Source of the DNA: an uncultured Sandaracinus sp.
GTDB taxonomy: Bacteria > Myxococcota_A > Polyangia > Polyangiales > Houyiibacteriaceae
Direction: 5' to 3'
NCBI GenBank assembly: GCA_964462035.1
Contig: CAYXAP010000026.1
Coordinates: forward strand, 4,555 to 68,554
DNA length: 64,000 bases
In this document: in pieces, positions 41,427 to 50,939 of the stretch
Layout: every line of letters begins with the position of its first letter
How positions within the stretch are numbered: position 1 is the first letter of the stretch
Translations under genes and position numbers: made by a program
The notes under the pieces: generated by a model
The model's input: only the letters and a program-made list of their open reading frames with translations
Database searches by the model: none
What the model was told of the DNA's origin: nothing

Positions 41427-42209
41427 TCAGCTCTCGAGGCTCTCGAGCAGCGCCCGGGCCTCGCTGGCGAAGATCTCGGCGAGGACGGCGTAGAGCCGGT
41501 GGCCCTCCGAGTCCGAGGCGTCCGCCGGGAAACCGAAGTAGGCGCGGGGCCCACCCGCTTCTTCGAAGCTGCCCTTCCCTTCCCGAATGGCGACCGAGAG
41601 CGAGCTCGGGTTGGGCTCGAGCCCCAGCGCCACCTCTCGCTTCACCAAGAAGGGTGTCGCGGCCATCACCAGGCTCGTCTCGTAACTCCCGGCATGACAG
41701 GCGCCCGATTTGAACTCGTCTCCGAGCTTCAGCGCGTGGGGTTTGCGGGTGACGTTCGGAAAAGCCGCGGGCATGCCGGCCTCGTTGGAGAGCCGCACCG
41801 CCTCGGCGATGGCCTCGAGGTTCCCCGGCTCGAGGTGCGCGTTGCACGCGACGACCGCCCGGAAGCCCGCACGCTTGGCGCCCAACATCACGTCGCGCAT
41901 CAGCGCGATCGCGGTCTCCTTGCGGATGGAGATGGTCCCCGAGAACTCGGCCGCGAACTCGGTCACGGCGTACGCGACCGGCGGGAGCACCACCGATGGG
42001 ATCCCCTCGCTGCGGAGCTGGGTGACGGCGGCCTTCGCGGCCGCCTTCGAGATGATCACGTCGGTCGACAGTGGCAGGTGCGGGCCGTGCGCCTCCGTAG
42101 CGCCGATCGGCAGGAGCGCGATGGCGCCCTCGCGGCGGAGCTCCTCCGCCTCCTCGTAGGTCAGCTCGGCCAGCTCCCGGGGGAAGGACGACCGCTTGGG
42201 CTCTTCCAT
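41427..42209 (-). CDS. Creatininase (creatinine amidohydrolase) family protein
   Basis: LLPIGATEAHGPHLPLSTD, NAH, HAGSYETS. Confidence 0.9.
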   Translation of the reverse strand: MEEPKRSSFPRELAELTYEEAEELRREGAIALLPIGATEAHGPHLPLSTDVIISKAAAKAAVTQLRSEGIPSVVLPPVAYAVTEFAAEFSGTISIRKETAIALMRDVMLGAKRAGFRAVVACNAHLEPGNLEAIAEAVRLSNEAGMPAAFPNVTRKPHALKLGDEFKSGACHAGSYETSLVMAATPFLVKREVALGLEPNPSSLSVAIREGKGSFEEAGGPRAYFGFPADASDSEGHRLYAVLAEIFASEARALLESLES

Positions 42210-42261
42210 GGCAGCAGCCTACCCCAGCCGAGGACGGGAGGTCACCGCCCTCGTCGACCCG

Positions 42262-43809
42262 TCAGATGAGCGCACGGCGCATGATCTTGCCCCGGTCGTT
42301 CCGTGGGAGCGCATCCACGAACGCCACCAGGCGGGGGAACTTGTAGCGAGTGAGTCGAGTCTTCGCGTGCTCCTGCAGCTCGCTGACCAGCTCGTCGGTG
42401 CCCTCGAAGCCATCGCGGAGCGCCACGAAGGCTTTGGGAACCACCAACCCGTCGCCGTCGTCGACGCCGACGACCGCGCACTCGCGGACCGCGTCGTGGG
42501 TGGCGAGGCAGTCCTCGATCTCGAGCGGGCTCACGAACTGCCCGCGAACCTTCAGCATGTCGTCGGCCCGGCCTTCGTAGAAGAAGTAGCCGTCGGCGTC
42601 CCGGCGGAAGAGGTCGGCGGTGATGCACCAGTCGCCTCGGAAGGTCGCCCGGCTCGCCTCCTGACGGCGCCAGTAGCAGAGCGCGGTCGAGTCCCCCTTC
42701 ACCCAGAGCCGACCGGTCTCGCCGACCGCGACGTCCTTGCCGGAGGCATCCACGATCCGCGCGTCGTAACCGGGCACCAGGCGACCGAGGGAACCGAGCT
42801 TCACGTCGCCCAGACGGTTGGTGATGTAGATGTGGAACATCTCCGCCGAGCCGATGCCGTCGAGGATCTCCGCCTTGGGCCAACGCTCCTTCCATCGCTC
42901 GTAGAGCTCGGCGGGGAGCGCCTCGCCGGCGCTCAGACAGATGCGCACCGAGCCGAGGTTCGCGTCGCGCTCGCTGTCGACCATCTGTCGGATCATCGCC
43001 GGAACGTTCGTCAGCACCGTGACCTGGTGCTTCTCGATGTGGTCGATCAGTCGGTCGGCGGTCGGCTTGTCCGGGAAGAGCACCGCCGTGCCTCCGACCG
43101 CGAAGGGGAACATCAGGTTGGTGCCGGTGCCGTAGCCGAAGAAGAGTCGCGAGACGCTCACGAAGACGTCGTCCTCGTTCAGCCCGAGCACGTGCTTCGC
43201 GTAGCACTCCGTGTTGAACGCGAAGTGCCGGTGGAAGTGGACCGCACCCTTGGGCTTGCCGGTGGTACCGCTCGTGAAGAGCCAGCCCGCGACGTCGTCA
43301 CGAGAGGTGTCGGCGTTGGCCGTCTCGTCGCTCGCGGCCTCGAGCGCGTCCTCCCAGCGGGTCCAGCCCTCGAGGGCCTCGTCGGCCCCAACCACGAAGC
43401 CGGCGCAGCGCGGGTGGTCGGCCATGAGCGGCGCGAGCCGGTCCATCGTGCTCGCGTCGGCGACGACCGCACGGCACTTGGTGTACTCGAGCAAATGCGC
43501 GAGGTCCTCGGCGGTGCCGAGGGGGTTGGCCATGCAGAAGGCGCCCCCCGCCTTGAGGATGCCGAACCAGCACTCCACGAAGGCCATCCCGTCGAAGAGG
43601 AGCATGAGCACTCGATCGTCGTGGCCGATGCCCGCGGCACGGAGCGCGTGCCCTGCGCGATTGGCCCGCTTCTGGACCTCGGCGTAGGTCCAGCTCTGGT
43701 CCCCCACGGCGACCGCCGTCCGATGGCCCCGGCCCTCTTCGACGCGCGCGTCGAGGTAGTAGTGGGCGAGGTTGAAACGCTCGGGGAAGCTCGGCGGATC
43801 GAAGCTCAT
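42262..43809 (-). CDS. Benzoate-CoA ligase family acyl-CoA synthetase
   Basis: FTSGTTGKPKG, LFFGYG, SAGEALP, DGIGSAEMFHIY, YEGRADDMLKV. Confidence 0.92.
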   Translation of the reverse strand: MSFDPPSFPERFNLAHYYLDARVEEGRGHRTAVAVGDQSWTYAEVQKRANRAGHALRAAGIGHDDRVLMLLFDGMAFVECWFGILKAGGAFCMANPLGTAEDLAHLLEYTKCRAVVADASTMDRLAPLMADHPRCAGFVVGADEALEGWTRWEDALEAASDETANADTSRDDVAGWLFTSGTTGKPKGAVHFHRHFAFNTECYAKHVLGLNEDDVFVSVSRLFFGYGTGTNLMFPFAVGGTAVLFPDKPTADRLIDHIEKHQVTVLTNVPAMIRQMVDSERDANLGSVRICLSAGEALPAELYERWKERWPKAEILDGIGSAEMFHIYITNRLGDVKLGSLGRLVPGYDARIVDASGKDVAVGETGRLWVKGDSTALCYWRRQEASRATFRGDWCITADLFRRDADGYFFYEGRADDMLKVRGQFVSPLEIEDCLATHDAVRECAVVGVDDGDGLVVPKAFVALRDGFEGTDELVSELQEHAKTRLTRYKFPRLVAFVDALPRNDRGKIMRRALI

Positions 43810-43887
43810 CCGGCGAGCCTACCCCGGCCGTGCGTCGCCCCTCACCGCGTCATCTCACGCCCCCAGCACTCAATCCGCCCCGCTGGA

Positions 43888-44100
43888 CCCTCGTTCTCGC
43901 ACAAAGTCACCGAGGACACGAAGGATGCACAAAGGGAGATGGGATCGAGTGCTGGGCGAGGGGTCGGTTGCAGCCGCGAGCGAATCGCCGGCGCGGCGTT
44001 CAGCGTTTCGTCCTGCGCACCGATTGACGTCGATCGGCCAACTACTCCAATCCCCTTTGTGCAACTCCGTGTCCTTGGTGGCTTTGTGCGAAAACAAGGG
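43888..44100. repeat. Long-inverted-repeat element copy 2 (inverted relative to copy 1)
   Basis: Left arm ccctcgttctcgcacaaagtcaccgaggacacgaaggatgcacaaaggga pairs with right arm tcccctttgtgcaactccgtgtccttggtggctttgtgcgaaaacaaggg. Confidence 0.85.
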
Positions 44101-44118
44101 CGCACTGGGCCCAATGGG

Positions 44119-45273
44119 TCACGAGCGGGGGGCGGGGAGCGCGGGATCGCCGAGGAAGTAGCCGATGGCGCTCCGCCCGATGCCGAGGGTGCCAGCGCCG
44201 GCGACCGAGGCGCTCACGATGCTCCCAGCCCCCGGCACGAACTTCACGATCTGCCGGGTCAGCGCCCGGAGGCCGATGCCAGCGCCGCCGACCAGGCCCA
44301 CGCTGGCGGCCCACTCGCCGACGGTCTTCCGGTCCCAGGCGCGACCGCTCAGGTAGGCGACGCTCGTCACCATCATCCCTTGCAGCGGCGCGATGACCGC
44401 CAGGTCGCTGAAGGGCACCGGCGCGAGGGCGACCGTGATCGACAACGTGGAGCAGCTCTGAACGAGCCCCTGAGCGATGCGGCGACGGGCCTTCGGCGCG
44501 TCGAGGGCGCGAGCGCTCTCGAGCTGAGCCTCTTCCGGCATCTCCTCGGCGAGCCGCTCGCGAAGCTCGTGGAGCCCGTAGGCCCCGAGCCCGAGCGCGC
44601 GCTCGCCGGCGTTGGGGGTCGCCACCGCCCGGACCGGGTCGGCGACCAGGTTGGCTTCGTCGAGCTGCCGCTGAAACGCGCGGCACGCGGCGCGGATGGC
44701 GTCCCGCTTGTGGACCGGGAACGGTGGCGCGGCCTCGACGGGGTCGAGCCGGTCGACCTGGGTCAGGATGGGGATCAATCGCGGCGCGGGGTCCCGGCGC
44801 CCGAGCACTCGGATCGCCGCCTCGAGCACCTGACCCGCGCCGCGTTCGACCTCCTCGGCCGTCGCCATGACCAGCACCACGTCCGGCGGCTCGCGGTCGA
44901 GCGCTCTCCGGGTCTGGGCGCTCAGGGGCTCGCCGTCGGCGTCGAGCTCCATCCAGGCCATGCGCTTGCCTCCCGCGTCCACCCAAGCCCACTGACCGGG
45001 CTCGAACTGCCGAGCGCCGCCGACCTCGAGAACCGCGGCCCCGAGGAGCGCGTTGAGGAGCTGGCTCCGGCCGGTACCCGAGTGGCCAATGGCCACGATG
45101 CGCCCGAGGCGCCGGCGGTAGACCAAGCGGGTCAGGCTGGCGATGTCGCGCTTGAGGCCCGCCATGAAGGGCACCTTGTCCAGCACCGCGAGGAGCTGGG
45201 ACCAGCCGTCCTGCTCCTCCGGATCCGGGGTGACTCTGGAGACGCTCTCGTGGGGGTCGGTCGAGCCGCTCAT
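44119..45273 (-). CDS. Divergent P-loop GTPase with C-terminal DUF697/YcjF-like hydrophobic domain
   Basis: G1 GHSGTGRS..LNAL, G3 DADG, G4 TQVD; PVPFSDLAVIAPLQGMMV. Confidence 0.78.
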   Translation of the reverse strand: MSGSTDPHESVSRVTPDPEEQDGWSQLLAVLDKVPFMAGLKRDIASLTRLVYRRRLGRIVAIGHSGTGRSQLLNALLGAAVLEVGGARQFEPGQWAWVDAGGKRMAWMELDADGEPLSAQTRRALDREPPDVVLVMATAEEVERGAGQVLEAAIRVLGRRDPAPRLIPILTQVDRLDPVEAAPPFPVHKRDAIRAACRAFQRQLDEANLVADPVRAVATPNAGERALGLGAYGLHELRERLAEEMPEEAQLESARALDAPKARRRIAQGLVQSCSTLSITVALAPVPFSDLAVIAPLQGMMVTSVAYLSGRAWDRKTVGEWAASVGLVGGAGIGLRALTRQIVKFVPGAGSIVSASVAGAGTLGIGRSAIGYFLGDPALPAPRS

Positions 45274-45438
45274 GGACCCCAGCATGCATCGGGTCTCCGC
45301 CCTCCGCGACCCCACGCGGCCGCGTTGTCCCACGACGGTGACATTCCAGCGGTACGGCGTCCGGGAGGATGACGGCCGCCTGCGTCGGGAGCGCGACGCG
45401 CTCGGTCGTTTGCTCTGCGCTCCCGACCGGGTGAGCTC

Positions 45439-46320
45439 TCAGCCGGGGAGCGTCGCCGCGAGGTGCCGGGCGTTGGCCTCGAGCTCACGCCAGACCGCCG
45501 CCACCGCCGGCACCCGCCGCAGGGTCCGCGGAGCCACCAGGTAGACATCCACCGGGGGTGACTTGGGCGCGTCGCCGGGCCAGACCTCGACCCCCGACAC
45601 GAACGCCACCATCGCTCGTGTCAGCAACGCGCAGCCGATGCCTGCCCGCACGGCCTCGATCTGAGCCATGTGGCTCGTCGTCCGCATCACCGGTTCCCGG
45701 CCGGTCAGCTTTCGAACGTACGCTCCGTCGACGGACTCGCCCGACGGTAGGTCGAGCGTCACGAAGGGGAGCTCGGCGGCGTTCGACACCTCCGCGAAGC
45801 GCTCCGGGCGACCCAGGATGGCGGTCGGGAGCTGCGCGACCCGCTTCTCCACGAGGTCGCCGTCGCGGGTACGAAAGAAGCGCACCGCGATGTCCGCCTC
45901 TCGTCGCGTGAGATCGGCCGGACGCTCCCCCAGAACGAGATCGACGTCGAGCTCCGGATGACGCTCGCGGAGCACCGGGAGCACGGTCGGCACCAGCACG
46001 TGCACCGCGAAGGACTCGGTGGTCGCGAGACGGATGCGGCCCGCCACCCCCTCCTGCTGGGCGCGGACGACGTCCCAGCAAGCGAGCGCCGCCGCCTCCA
46101 CGGCGGGGGCGCGCTCCGCGAGGGCGCGACCCAACGCGGTCGAGACGGGGCCCCGCGCCGTCCGATCGAAGAGGACGCCGCCGAGCGCCTCCTCGAGCGC
46201 GGCGATGCGGCGGCTCACGGTCGACTGCTTCACCCCGAGCGCACGGGCGGCACCGCTGAACGAGCGCTCGCGCGCCACCGCGATGAACACCCTCAGATCA
46301 TCCCAACGAGGCTCGGACAC
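45439..46320 (-). CDS. LysR family transcriptional regulator
   Basis: WDDLRVFIAVARERSFSGAARALGVKQSTVSRRIAALE; DLTRREADIAVR. Confidence 0.95.
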   Translation of the reverse strand: MSEPRWDDLRVFIAVARERSFSGAARALGVKQSTVSRRIAALEEALGGVLFDRTARGPVSTALGRALAERAPAVEAAALACWDVVRAQQEGVAGRIRLATTESFAVHVLVPTVLPVLRERHPELDVDLVLGERPADLTRREADIAVRFFRTRDGDLVEKRVAQLPTAILGRPERFAEVSNAAELPFVTLDLPSGESVDGAYVRKLTGREPVMRTTSHMAQIEAVRAGIGCALLTRAMVAFVSGVEVWPGDAPKSPPVDVYLVAPRTLRRVPAVAAVWRELEANARHLAATLPG

Positions 46321-46332
46321 GGAGCGACTGTG

Positions 46333-46350
46333 CCATGCATTCCTGCATGG
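46333..46350. promoter_or_regulatory. Palindromic operator between the divergent lysR and oxidoreductase genes
   Basis: CCATGCA-TTCC-TGCATGG. Confidence 0.6.
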
Positions 46351-46405
46351 GCGCCATGCTGATTATCGGATACCCATCCAGCGCTGGCGGGGGCATCTCT
46401 GGAGC

Positions 46406-47026
46406 ATGCAACGCATCCTCCTGGTGATTGGCCATCCCGACTCCGGCCGCTACACCCACGCCCTCGCCGAGCGCTACGCCACCGGGGCTCGCGCCGCGGG
46501 CGCCGACGTCGAAGTGCTCGACCTCGCTTCGCTCGCCTTCGATCCGAACCTCCGCACCGGCGACGAACCCCTGGAGCCGGACCTCGAGCGCGCGTCCCGA
46601 TCGATCCTCGCGGCCCACCACCTCGCCTTCTTCTTCCCGATGTGGTGGGCGGGGCCGCCCGCGCTCCTGAAGGGGTTCGTCGACCGCGTCTTCCTGCCCG
46701 ACTTCGCGTATCGCTACCCACCCGGCAGCTCGATCCCCGAAGGGCTCCTCCGTGGGCGCTCGGCCCGAGTCGTCGTCACCATGGACTCGCCCGGTTGGTA
46801 CTACCGACTGGCGCGTCGTCGGGCGCTCCACCATGCGTTCTCCGGCGGGACGCTGAAGTTCTGCGGCATCGGGCCAATCCGCGAAACGACGGTCACGTCG
46901 CTCCACGCCCTCGCGGAACCCAAGCGGCTCCGCTGGCTCGAACGGCTGGAGGTCCAGGGCCGACGCGACGCGCGCCGGCTCGCGCCGCGTGACAGCAGAC
47001 GCTTCCTCAACGCCCCCGCGGAGTGA
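46406..47026 (+). CDS. NAD(P)H dehydrogenase (quinone), flavodoxin-like fold
   Basis: ILLVIGHP, FPMWWAGPPALLKGFVDRVF, TMDSP; GGAG RBS. Confidence 0.9.
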   Translation: MQRILLVIGHPDSGRYTHALAERYATGARAAGADVEVLDLASLAFDPNLRTGDEPLEPDLERASRSILAAHHLAFFFPMWWAGPPALLKGFVDRVFLPDFAYRYPPGSSIPEGLLRGRSARVVVTMDSPGWYYRLARRRALHHAFSGGTLKFCGIGPIRETTVTSLHALAEPKRLRWLERLEVQGRRDARRLAPRDSRRFLNAPAE

Positions 47027-47357
47027 GCGCGGGCCAGCGGAGGGCATGCAGCAGCGCCATCGCGGGAAAGAGCAAGGACACGGCGCCGAAGGCGATCATC
47101 CCGTTCCCGAAGAGCACCCCGGTCGCCAGCACGAAGGTCAGCGCCATCCACCAGCCGCCGACTCGCGTGGTTTTGGGCGCGACGAGGAGCACGGCGCCGA
47201 CGAGCTGCACCACCCCGAACGCGATCGTTCCTCCGTCCGGCACGCCGACCGCACGGAAGATGCGCATCTCGTCCTCCATCCGCGCCAGCTTCACCATCCC
47301 GGTCGCGAACGAGAGCAGCGTGAGCAGCACGCGATTGACCCAGAGCGCGACCGTCAC
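47007..47357 (-). CDS. DoxX-like small membrane protein
   Basis: About four hydrophobic helices, FATGMVKL..FGVVQLVGAVLL..PKTTRVG; GTGA overlap with the upstream gene. Confidence 0.7.
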   Translation of the reverse strand: MTVALWVNRVLLTLLSFATGMVKLARMEDEMRIFRAVGVPDGGTIAFGVVQLVGAVLLVAPKTTRVGGWWMALTFVLATGVLFGNGMIAFGAVSLLFPAMALLHALRWPALTPRGR

Positions 47358-47710
47358 GCGAAGCGAACCTCGAGCCGGACGATGCGCCCACCTCGGACGG
47401 TGCAGACATCCACCCCGCGCACCGGCGCCTCGAAGTCGGGAGAGGTGCAAACCCACTCGCTCCGCACCACGTCGCCATCGACATCGATTCGGCTGACGGT
47501 GAGCTCGAGGTCGCGCGGTGTGTGCTCCCATCCACCGCGGAGGCAAGCCTCGATCGCGGCGCGGCCTTCGTGAGTCCGCTCGGCACCGCTGAAGGGCTCG
47601 ACGTAGACGGCGTCGTCGGCGAAGAGCGCGAAGAGCGCATCGGCTGCCGCCGGTCCGGCTTTCATCGCCTCGAAGTAGGACTGGACGACCTCGGTGGGGT
47701 TCTGACTCAT
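47354..47710 (-). CDS. SnoaL/NTF2-like protein
   Basis: EVVQSYFEAM..LFADDAVYVEPF..HEGRAAI; TACCGT-N7-ATG. Confidence 0.85.
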   Translation of the reverse strand: MSQNPTEVVQSYFEAMKAGPAAADALFALFADDAVYVEPFSGAERTHEGRAAIEACLRGGWEHTPRDLELTVSRIDVDGDVVRSEWVCTSPDFEAPVRGVDVCTVRGGRIVRLEVRFA

Positions 47711-47761
47711 GACGCCGACGGTAGGTGGCGACCCTGGCACCGACAATCCATCCTTCGATGG

Positions 47762-48169
47762 ATGCGACCCTCACCGGAGGCGCTCGAGGAGCTCCGCGCC
47801 GCGCTCGCTGCGATACGGGAGCAGCAAGGCGTCGACGTGCCTCGGGCGGCCATCGCTCGGCTCGGCTCGCTGCTCCCCGAGGGAGTCGGCATGACGGTGG
47901 ACTTCGACGCCGCCGCCCACCTCGGGCACCCGATGGTGGTGCTGCGGCCGGTCGACGGCCCCGCGGACGCGATCTTCGACGTGCTCACCCCTCGGGAACG
48001 CGAAGTGGCCGGGCTCGTGGCCGCAGGCCTCCGAAACAAGGACATCGCCTTGGCCCTCGGCATCCGCCTCGCGACGGTGAAGGACCACGTCCACCACATC
48101 CTCACCAAGACGGAGCTCGACGGACGGGCCGCAGTCGCGGCCGCGTGGGTGCGGCTCGAGGGCCGCTGA
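47762..48169 (+). CDS. LuxR-type HTH transcriptional regulator
   Basis: LTPREREVAGLVAAGLRNKDIALALGIRLATVKDHVHHILTK. Confidence 0.9.
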   Translation: MRPSPEALEELRAALAAIREQQGVDVPRAAIARLGSLLPEGVGMTVDFDAAAHLGHPMVVLRPVDGPADAIFDVLTPREREVAGLVAAGLRNKDIALALGIRLATVKDHVHHILTKTELDGRAAVAAAWVRLEGR

Positions 48170-48706
48170 CTACTTGGTGACGAAGGCGACCACGACCGCG
48201 GCCGCCAGCAGGAGCAGGATCACTCCGACGAAGACGAGTCCGCCGCTGGTGTTCACCTCGGTCGGCTCGGCGGGCGTCCCTTCGTCTTCGGCGACGTGCT
48301 CGCCCGCGGCCTTGGCGCGCTCACGCTTGCGACGCTCGATGCGGCGACGGCGACGCTCCGCACGACGCTCGGCGGGGGAGAGATCGTCGAGGTTCTTCTT
48401 CGCCGCGACCGGGGCCTCGTCGTCGTCCGAGTCGTCGTCGTCGTCGTCGTCCGAGTCGTCGTCCGAGTCGTCGTCCGAGTCGTCGTCGTCGTCCGAGTCG
48501 TCGTCGTCCGAGTCATCCTCGTCGTCCGAGTCGTCGTCGCTCGAGTCTTCGGCGCCTTCGGACTCTTCGGATTCCTCCTCCGAGGACTCTTCCTCTTCGG
48601 TTTCTTCCTCGTCCTCGGCCTTGGCGGCCTCGATCTCGGCCTTCTTCGCGTCGGGGTCGACACGCTTGACCTTGCGCTTGCTCTTCTTGCTCTTCCCCTT
48701 GGCCAT
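48170..48706 (-). CDS. Low-complexity basic/acidic protein with C-terminal TM anchor
   Basis: Lys-rich N-terminus, D/E/S tract, Arg-rich block, terminal hydrophobic helix. Confidence 0.7.
   Translation of the reverse strand: MAKGKSKKSKRKVKRVDPDAKKAEIEAAKAEDEEETEEEESSEEESEESEGAEDSSDDDSDDEDDSDDDDSDDDDDSDDDSDDDSDDDDDDDSDDDEAPVAAKKNLDDLSPAERRAERRRRRIERRKRERAKAAGEHVAEDEGTPAEPTEVNTSGGLVFVGVILLLLAAAVVVAFVTK
48418..48545 (-). repeat. Low-complexity (gac)n-tcg coding repeat encoding poly-DDDS
   Basis: Plus strand shows repeated gtcgtcgtccga units. Confidence 0.8.
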
Positions 48707-48865
48707 CGGCCGTCCCTAGCACGCGACCGCCCGAAAGGCACCCATTGGCCGGAGCGGAGGCGCGACGGGCGCGTCCCCGAATGCTCCAGGGCGACGCGGC
48801 CGCCCGGTCATCGGCGCGCGCGAAACGAAACCCCCGACTCCGTCCAGTGGCCAATGCTGGCATAC

Positions 48866-48896
48866 TATGACCAATATGGCAGACGCATTCGTCATA
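48866..48896. promoter_or_regulatory. AT-rich inverted repeat, candidate operator in a divergent promoter region
   Basis: tatgaccaat-N11-attcgtcata (9/10 match). Confidence 0.45.
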
Positions 48897-49013
48897 TTTG
48901 GGCCCGTTCATTCGCGACGGCTGACGATCTTCACGTGAAGATCCGGGCGCCTCGATACGCATCTTTTCGGCCGGCCAGAGGCTCGATGGCCTCCATTTCG
49001 TAGGGTGGGAACG

Positions 49014-49673
49014 ATGAAGATCGTCGTCCTCACGCTGATCATGCTGCTCATGGCAGGCTTCGCCGCGCTCCCGATCTACTTCCTGTGGGTCCTGCCCAGA
49101 CGCCGGTCGCAGGGCTGGCTCGAGTCGGCTGCCAAACTCGCCCTGCAGGTGGAGCCGCCGCCCTCGCCGCACCATCCGGTCTTCCTGGGCCGGATGTACG
49201 GGGTTCGCGATGGGTTCGAAGTCCACTGCCAGGTCCGATCGGTGGGTCACGGTGAGTCCCGCACTTTCTACACCAAGGTGATGGTGGAGCTGCCGCGCCC
49301 TCTCGAGGCGCACCTGTCCGTCCGGCCGGTCGGGCGACTCGGTCGGATGTGGAACACCGTGAGTGGCGAGAGCGACATCCAGCTCGGCGACCCGATCATC
49401 GATCCCGCCTACTCGATCGAGGGCCTCGACGACCGAGTGATGCTGCTCCTCGCCCAGTCGGAGGTGGCCGAGGCGCTCCGGCAGCATGCCCGGGCCCCGC
49501 TGGGGCTGCGGCTCAGCGACCATCGTGTGGGGTTCGAAGGCCGTGGCCTCCACCTCGACCCGTCGACGCTCGGTTCCGCGATCGCCCACGGGATCGACAT
49601 CGCCAATCGACTGCTCCGGGCCCAGGTCGAAGCGCAGCGCTCTCCGCGCTGGCAGGCGATGGCCTTCTCCTGA
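49014..49673 (+). CDS. Membrane-anchored hypothetical protein
   Basis: N-terminal TM segment; DIQLGDPIIDPAYSIEG motif; TAGGGT-N7-ATG. Confidence 0.7.
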   Translation: MKIVVLTLIMLLMAGFAALPIYFLWVLPRRRSQGWLESAAKLALQVEPPPSPHHPVFLGRMYGVRDGFEVHCQVRSVGHGESRTFYTKVMVELPRPLEAHLSVRPVGRLGRMWNTVSGESDIQLGDPIIDPAYSIEGLDDRVMLLLAQSEVAEALRQHARAPLGLRLSDHRVGFEGRGLHLDPSTLGSAIAHGIDIANRLLRAQVEAQRSPRWQAMAFS

Positions 49674-49734
49674 TTGCGGGGCGCCGGGAGCGGAAGCGCA
49701 CAGAACCGGAAGCTCGGCCGACGTACACAGGGGC

Positions 49735-50139
49735 ATGGCCAGAGCCATCGATCCCCCCTCCCTCGCCCCGCCCAAGGGCTACGCCAACGGCCTGCTCATG
49801 GAGCCGGGCCAGATCCTCTTCGTCGCCGGTCAGATCGGCTGGGACCGCGAGTCGAAGCTGGTCTCGGACCAGCTCACACCGCAGTTCGAGCAGGCCCTTC
49901 GCAACGTCGTCGACGTGGTCGAAGCCGCCGGCGGAACCCCCGAGCACATCGGTCGCTTCACCATCTTCGTGACCGACAAGAAGCGCTACCTGGCCGAGAC
50001 GAAGGCCATCGGCGGTGTCTACCGAACGCTGATGGGCAAGCACTACCCGGCGATGGCGCTCGTCGAGGTCGCCGACCTCCTCGAGGACGGGGCTCTGGTA
50101 GAGATCGAGGCCACCGCAGTGATCCCGAGGCCCGCATGA
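49735..50139 (+). CDS. RidA/YjgF family protein
   Basis: PKGYANG, LFVAGQIGWD, HYPAMALVEV..L..ALVEIEATA. Confidence 0.92.
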   Translation: MARAIDPPSLAPPKGYANGLLMEPGQILFVAGQIGWDRESKLVSDQLTPQFEQALRNVVDVVEAAGGTPEHIGRFTIFVTDKKRYLAETKAIGGVYRTLMGKHYPAMALVEVADLLEDGALVEIEATAVIPRPA

Positions 50140-50939
50140 CCGACGCACCCGACACCAAGTCCTTCCGCAGCTCGCTCGACGAGAGCGGCGTCCTGACCCT
50201 CACCCTCGACCGGCCCAAGCGCATCAACGCGCTCACCTTCGAGGTCTATGGGGAGCTCCGGGACACCTTCCGCGACCTGAAGGAGACGTACCCCGCCGTC
50301 CGCGCCATCGTCCTCAACGGCGAAGGGCCCCGCGGCTTCTGCTCGGGCGGCGACGTCAACGACATCATCGCCCAGCTCTTCGACCGCGACATGGCGGGCC
50401 TGCTCGAGTTCACGCGCATGACCGGCGCGCTGGTCCACGCCATCCGCACCACGCGACCGCCGGTCGTCGCGGCGCTCCACGGCGTCTGCTGCGGCGCGGG
50501 CGCGGTCATCGCCGCCGCCTGCGACGTGCGCTTCGCGGCGCCCGACACGCGCATGGCCTACCTCTTCCCGCAGGTCGGGCTCAGCGGCGCGGACATGGGC
50601 GCCGCCTATCTGTTGCCGCGCATCGTCGGCCTCGGCCGCGCGAGCGAGCTGCTCTACGGCGGCGAGTTCGTGAACGCCGAAGAGGCGCACCGCATCGGCC
50701 TGGTCAACCGCATCTGCGAGGACGTCCAGGCCGAGGCGCTCGCCTTCGCCACCAAGCTCGCCAAGGGCCCCGCGTTCGCTCACGCGATGACCAAGCGGAT
50801 GCTCGAGTACGAAGGCCACTGCGACTTCACGACCGGCATCGAGGCCGAAGCCCAGGCCCAGGCCATCTGCATGGAGCACCCGGACTTCCTGGAAGCGCAC
50901 GAAGCCTGGAAGGAGAAGCGGGAGCCCCGCTTCCGATGA
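50136..50939 (+). CDS. Enoyl-CoA hydratase/isomerase family protein
   Basis: LTLDRPKRINAL, FCSGGD, GLSGADMGAAYLLPRIVGLGRA; ATGA overlap. Confidence 0.92.
   Translation: MTDAPDTKSFRSSLDESGVLTLTLDRPKRINALTFEVYGELRDTFRDLKETYPAVRAIVLNGEGPRGFCSGGDVNDIIAQLFDRDMAGLLEFTRMTGALVHAIRTTRPPVVAALHGVCCGAGAVIAAACDVRFAAPDTRMAYLFPQVGLSGADMGAAYLLPRIVGLGRASELLYGGEFVNAEEAHRIGLVNRICEDVQAEALAFATKLAKGPAFAHAMTKRMLEYEGHCDFTTGIEAEAQAQAICMEHPDFLEAHEAWKEKREPRFR

Noticed and set aside
41427..42209. Possible mycofactocin (MftE) or RiPP peptidase
   Set aside because: No precursor peptide, RRE or SPASM radical SAM nearby; the context is CoA-dependent catabolism
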